A DNA stretch of 32,000 nt. It comes from Moraxellaceae bacterium AER2_44_116. GTDB taxonomy: Bacteria; Pseudomonadota; Gammaproteobacteria; Pseudomonadales; Moraxellaceae. The stretch is taken from the NCBI GenBank assembly GCA_006546595.1, contig VIAD01000012.1:14122-46121 (forward strand). The letters run 5' to 3'. The notes under the pieces were generated by a model. It was not told where the DNA came from, searched no databases, and worked only from the letters and a program-made list of their open reading frames with translations. Position 1 is the first letter of the stretch, and each line of letters begins with the position of its first letter. A program made the position numbers and the translations under genes. This document shows positions 27,719 to 32,000 of this stretch, in pieces.

Positions 27719-27758
27719 CCTAGTCGTAACTTAAAAATCTTACGACTAGGTGTTTTCT
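27719..27758 (+). terminator. 11-bp hairpin plus T-rich tract at the distal end of the array
   Basis: CCTAGTCGTAA (27719-27729) pairs with TTACGACTAGG (27740-27750) across a 10-nt loop, followed by TGTTTTCT. The 3' arm contains the AGG of the likely SD for ATG 27759. Confidence 0.5.
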
Positions 27759-29498
27759 ATGTCAGCTTTACTTTCTCAAATTAACAACACCGCGCACCAA
27801 GGCGCATTTGGCCATAACCCTCGATCTGAACCCACACTCGCTCAATTAGCCGCAGGTAACTACAAAAAAGGCGTAGTGATGGTGAAAGGGTTAAGTATTG
27901 CCATTGAAAACCCCGCTTACACCTACCGCAAAGGCATGGATAAATCAGGCAAAGAATGGATGTGCTTGATGCAGGCACACTATGGCTATATTCAGGGTCA
28001 TAGAGGCAATGACGGCGATGAAATGGATGTATTTATCGGCAATGTGCCTGAAAACGACACGGTTTATATCGTCAATCAAAAAACAGCAGACGGCTATTTT
28101 GACGAACATAAAATCATGCTTGGCTTCCTGTCACAACAGCAAGCCGTTGACACCTATCAACACTGTTTTGAGCGTGGTTGGACGGGTTTAATGAGTGTTG
28201 TGCCTTGCACCATGACGCAATTCAAGTGGTGGTTAGCCAATGGTGATAAGTCACGGCCTGTCACTTTAGACCGCTTGCCCTACGCAGGATTAGAGCGTTT
28301 GGATAGTGTGATTTGGGGCGGTAATGACGGGTCAGACTTAGCCAGTCATAGTGGCCAAGTACATAAATTGTTGTACCAGATTCGCCAATGTGATGACACG
28401 CATCAAGCCTTAGAGCCTTTGTCTTATAACGATTTAGTGCAAGAACTTGGCAATCAAGGTTTTATGTACGAAAACTATGATGCATTAGTCGTTGAGTACA
28501 ACAAATTAGAGAAAAAAGCCAAGCAATTACTCATGGTGATGCAAGGTGCGGCCAGTAGTGTTAAGCCCATTGGTGTCACTGTAGGTAAGCCATTAACCAA
28601 GGGCGGTGTGGCTAATGTCGTTGCATGGTTTGAGATGGATGATGGTCAAGCCGTGGGTGTGTTTTTCCATAACCCTGATAAAACGCCTAAAAAGATTGAC
28701 CCCATGGACGAGATGATTAGCTACAAATGGGTGCTTAACAAAAAAGACATTACCATTGCCGTTGCGCCTGAGCAGGGTAAGGATTTGATTATTCGTACCG
28801 TCGCTAAGCGCATTATGCAGTTGGTTGAAAAGAATCATGACCGTTTTGTCAAAGCCAATGGTGACAAGGCCGCACTGAATCAGGCAGAGCAAGACTTAAC
28901 CGCTAAAGTGGCAGAAAAACAAGCGACCTTGAAAGGTTTGCAAGATGACGTTGCCGCGTTGCAGGCGAAGAAAGCCGAAAAAGATGCTTTTACACTCCAA
29001 GCCCAAACCGAAGCAGACCTACGCCAACGTGAAGCCGAAGCTCAAGCCGCTGAAGCTGAACGATTAGCGCAAGAGAAAGCTGCAAAAGATAAAGCACAGG
29101 CCGATAAAGATGCGGCTGATTTCCGTTTGACAGGTAGTAATTTGCCAGCCGATGTAGCGGCAGCAGGTGGTCAACAGGATTTATTAGCCAGCGGCAATCA
29201 AAACGATAAAGAAGATGCAGAAAAAGAAGCATTTGTTACCTCTACTCAAGAGCAACAGCCACCACAACCCGTAAGCGAGCCAGCTACACCAACCCAAGAA
29301 GACCAAGACCGTGAATTCTTACAGTCTGCTATTGACGAAAAAATCAACATTTTAGATGCCGCTAATGTCAATAAATTGGCCGAGTTATCAAAAATCTATA
29401 CCCAAGGTGACATGAACGGTCTGATTAAACAAGCCAAACAAGTTGCGATTTCCGCAATCACACGCAGCGTTGCGCAAGCGACAGCGAATATTGGTTAA
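27759..29498 (+). CDS. Inorganic-pyrophosphatase-fold domain protein with an acidic/coiled-coil C-terminal region
   Basis: AHYGYIQGHRGNDGDEMDVFIG resembles the family I PPase core (NYGYI...DGDPVDVLV). The C-terminal half is low-complexity and coiled-coil-like (EAEAQAAEAERLAQEKAAKDKAQADKDAAD). ATG 27759 is preferred over the track's GTG at 27750, which lies in the hairpin. Confidence 0.6.
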   Translation: MSALLSQINNTAHQGAFGHNPRSEPTLAQLAAGNYKKGVVMVKGLSIAIENPAYTYRKGMDKSGKEWMCLMQAHYGYIQGHRGNDGDEMDVFIGNVPENDTVYIVNQKTADGYFDEHKIMLGFLSQQQAVDTYQHCFERGWTGLMSVVPCTMTQFKWWLANGDKSRPVTLDRLPYAGLERLDSVIWGGNDGSDLASHSGQVHKLLYQIRQCDDTHQALEPLSYNDLVQELGNQGFMYENYDALVVEYNKLEKKAKQLLMVMQGAASSVKPIGVTVGKPLTKGGVANVVAWFEMDDGQAVGVFFHNPDKTPKKIDPMDEMISYKWVLNKKDITIAVAPEQGKDLIIRTVAKRIMQLVEKNHDRFVKANGDKAALNQAEQDLTAKVAEKQATLKGLQDDVAALQAKKAEKDAFTLQAQTEADLRQREAEAQAAEAERLAQEKAAKDKAQADKDAADFRLTGSNLPADVAAAGGQQDLLASGNQNDKEDAEKEAFVTSTQEQQPPQPVSEPATPTQEDQDREFLQSAIDEKINILDAANVNKLAELSKIYTQGDMNGLIKQAKQVAISAITRSVAQATANIG

Positions 29499-29513
29499 GG
29501 GAAGGGCTAGCAT

Positions 29514-32000
29514 ATGAAAACAGATTACGAAAAATTCAAAATTATCGGCAAAATCTCCCTTTTGTTGCGCCAGTTGGATGAGCAACCAAAAGTTGAGCTG
29601 GATATGTTTGGTGAGCCTATCGCTTCACCTAATAAGACGCTCGATGTCACCCGTGTTGATGTCAAAGACATTAAAGTTGATCCTAAAGCCTACCAATTCC
29701 GTAGTGAAGTTGGCCATGACGGTACCGACAAACGCTTGAATGAAGTCAAAGCGTGGGATGACTTACGGGCAGGGGTCATGGTGATACATGAGCGTCACGA
29801 TGGCCAACAGTTTATTGCCGATGGTCATCACCGTATTGCTTTGGCAAAGAAATTAGGTGTCGATGGCGTTAATGCCTTTGTCTTGAAAGAAAGCGAAGGG
29901 CATACCGTCGATGATGCCAAATCATTAGCCGCCTTAGTCAACTTGGCCAACAATAACGGCACAGGGGTCGATGCCGCTAAATTGTTCCGAAGCAATGCCA
30001 ACGGCAAACGTCCTGAACAGTTAATGGAGGACTTAAACCTGCCTAAAAACCAAGCCATTAAAACGGGTGTTGCCTTGGCCAAACTTTCCGACGATGTGTT
30101 TGGTTCGGTGGTCAATGGTGTGATTGAAGAGCGTGATGGTGCGGTCATTGGTGATACGTTTAGTAGTCCAGAGGAACAACAAGCCGCCTTAAAGCAGTTT
30201 ATGCGTGTACGTCCTGCGAACCAAGAAGAGTCTCAAGTCTTAGCACAACAGATTAAATTAGCAGGATTCTCTAAGGCGCAAGCGTCCGATAACTTTGACT
30301 TGTTTGGTAGCGAGTTAGATACCGATAGTTTGTTAGGTGAACGGACACGGTTAATCGTGGCACTCGGTCGCGCCTATAAAAAAGATAAAACCTTGTTTGA
30401 AACACTGGGGATCAATGCCAGCAAAATTGAGCAGGCAGGCAATCAACTGGATAAGGAAACCAATTCCAAGCTAAGTAATGAAGCGACCGTCATGCAATCA
30501 TTACTGGGTGAGCAGATTTATACTAATCCCAAAATGAAGCAGGTCTTAGACCAATACGCCACGGAGCTAAAAGATCATCCGAATGGTATGGCCGCTATTT
30601 TGGCCAAGCTTAAACAAGCCTTGCCACAGGTCGTACAACACACGAAGGCTGTTTTTGATGAAGGTGGTGATGACGCTCATGTCTTTGCCTTGATTGCTGA
30701 AGCATCGTCCTTACTGAGTACCTTAAATGCCGACGACGCTGACTTTTTTATCAAGCTGCTTCGACTACAAGAAATTATTCAAGCATTAAATGGTGCGCAT
30801 CTCAGCAATGACTCCACCCATACAGACGTAGCTCCTCTACCTAACGCTAATACCGAAGAAACCGAACCCCCTGAAACCGATCTTATCGGTGATGTGGATG
30901 ATGGCTTATCGGATCACTATCAAGACGATAATTATCGCTTTAAAGATGTGGGCTATATTGCAGGGGCAAGAAAAGAGAAAGCTCAACTCGCCATCATGCA
31001 GGCAAAAAAATCAGGGCAGTTAGTATCCGTCACCGATATTGATTGGGATGCCTTGGAAGATGATTCCCGTATGGCGGCCGCCACAATCATTAAAAAGAAT
31101 GTCTTTGGTCAGGTCGATTGGGATGCGCTGAAAGACGGCGGCATGAATGGCAACGTGGGTTATTTTATTAAACGATTGTATGCAGCAGTCGAGTTACAGC
31201 CCGATGATGATTCACCCGAGGGGCGCAAACTCTATGTCACGGCGATTCAAAATCTACGTCAACTGTTTGAGTCCTGCCAAACAATGGATGATGCCGTTCG
31301 TGAAATTGTCGCGTTGAGTAAATTGCTCAATACCCATCGCAATATGATTAAAGGTGAAGATGGCAAAGCCACACTCAACTATGACTCTCAAGTGGCGAAT
31401 GCTTTAGGCAAAAAGTTTAAGAGTTGGGTGTTTAAGACTGGCAATAAAGCCATTCATGAGTCCAGAGTAATGGCCAATGATGATTGGTCTTGGTTAGAAA
31501 AAAGCGATAAGCCCACGGTAAGCAAGCCCAAAAAACAAGGGTTTCAATTAGAAGCGGCGAGCCATATTCAACGTGTCGGCGGTACCGAAGTCAGTATTCA
31601 ATCGACTGAACAGTTTAAAGACGCTTTTGGCTTAAAAGCGATTCAGTCGGGTAATTGGGTATTAAAAGATAAAGAGAGCATTGAGTTTCATATTCAACGG
31701 GCGGCGGAGTCGATGCTCGATATGGCCGATGTCACAGGGATTGCGCCTGAGTTATTGGGTTTTGGTGGTCGTTTAGGTTTGGCGTTTGGTGCTAGAGGTA
31801 AAGGTGGGGCGTTGGCGCATTATGAACCTGTTGCCCGTGTCATTAACATTACCAAGATGAAAGGTGGTGGTTCACTGGGGCATGAATACTTTCACGCCTT
31901 GGATAACCTAATACAAGACCTTGTGACGCAACAGAACAACGGTAAGGCGGGTTTTTTTGCTACCGAAACACCGCATTTGTTGCCTGAGAGTTTAACTAAA
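29514..32000 (+). CDS. Large polyvalent protein, N-terminal 829 codons (ParB-like nuclease domain plus zincin-like HExxH domain); continues past the window
   Basis: The frame is open from ATG 29514 to the last base of the window. It is absent from the ORF track because it has no stop. A ParB/Srx-type motif is present (FIADGHHRIALAKKLG). Near the end, LAFGARGKGGALAHYEPVARVINITKMKGGGSLGHEYFHALDN matches my recollection of the metallopeptidase-like module of phage and conjugative-element polyvalent proteins. Confidence 0.8.
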   Translation, partial: MKTDYEKFKIIGKISLLLRQLDEQPKVELDMFGEPIASPNKTLDVTRVDVKDIKVDPKAYQFRSEVGHDGTDKRLNEVKAWDDLRAGVMVIHERHDGQQFIADGHHRIALAKKLGVDGVNAFVLKESEGHTVDDAKSLAALVNLANNNGTGVDAAKLFRSNANGKRPEQLMEDLNLPKNQAIKTGVALAKLSDDVFGSVVNGVIEERDGAVIGDTFSSPEEQQAALKQFMRVRPANQEESQVLAQQIKLAGFSKAQASDNFDLFGSELDTDSLLGERTRLIVALGRAYKKDKTLFETLGINASKIEQAGNQLDKETNSKLSNEATVMQSLLGEQIYTNPKMKQVLDQYATELKDHPNGMAAILAKLKQALPQVVQHTKAVFDEGGDDAHVFALIAEASSLLSTLNADDADFFIKLLRLQEIIQALNGAHLSNDSTHTDVAPLPNANTEETEPPETDLIGDVDDGLSDHYQDDNYRFKDVGYIAGARKEKAQLAIMQAKKSGQLVSVTDIDWDALEDDSRMAAATIIKKNVFGQVDWDALKDGGMNGNVGYFIKRLYAAVELQPDDDSPEGRKLYVTAIQNLRQLFESCQTMDDAVREIVALSKLLNTHRNMIKGEDGKATLNYDSQVANALGKKFKSWVFKTGNKAIHESRVMANDDWSWLEKSDKPTVSKPKKQGFQLEAASHIQRVGGTEVSIQSTEQFKDAFGLKAIQSGNWVLKDKESIEFHIQRAAESMLDMADVTGIAPELLGFGGRLGLAFGARGKGGALAHYEPVARVINITKMKGGGSLGHEYFHALDNLIQDLVTQQNNGKAGFFATETPHLLPESLTK

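Noticed and set aside
27750-27758. GTG start at 27750 for the PPase-fold protein
   Set aside because: The GTG begins at the last base of the 3' arm of the 11-bp hairpin and has no SD. ATG 27759 follows AGGTG at a suitable distance. I kept this only as an alternative.
29828-30148. 106-aa minus-strand ORF
   Set aside because: It is antisense to the ParB-like region of the open polyvalent-protein frame (29514 to beyond 32000), which has clear domain motifs.
1-32000. A full-length self-targeting spacer against the carrier element
   Set aside because: I saw no full-length match by eye, only the partial 14-16-nt identities reported above. A manual scan of 127 spacers against 23 kb is not exhaustive. 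This is unresolved rather than excluded and needs a computed alignment.

Overview
Every credible gene in this window is on the + strand, and there are three blocks. (1) 1-10900 is a tailed-phage virion and packaging block. It holds the 3' part of a large terminase, tail-fibre proteins, a 905-aa internal virion protein with a lytic transglycosylase domain, a SWIM-like zinc-finger protein and several small structural ORFs. (2) 11006-19069 is a complete type I-C CRISPR-Cas operon in the order cas3-cas5c-cas8c-cas7-cas4-cas1-cas2. cas8c also contains a probable internal cas11c start. A 188-nt AT-rich leader follows, then a very large CRISPR array at 19258-27687. I counted 128 repeats of 31 nt (GTCGCGTCCTCACGGGCGCGTGGATTGAAAC) and 127 spacers of 32-38 nt. 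(3) 27759-32000 is phage or mobile-element cargo: a pyrophosphatase-fold protein and the start of a giant polyvalent protein with a ParB-like domain and an HExxH zincin domain. The main point is that an intact interference-plus-adaptation type I-C system with a huge array appears to lie inside a phage or prophage genome, co-oriented with its late genes. A short motif, GTAACCCTGCC(A/C)AAA, punctuates the phage modules and recurs in degenerate form at both edges of the CRISPR-Cas cassette. Some spacers look like alleles of one another, and two show partial identity to tail-fibre genes in this window. That hints at targeting of related phages. No rRNA or tRNA genes were seen. All homology statements come from motif recognition by eye, not from database searches.
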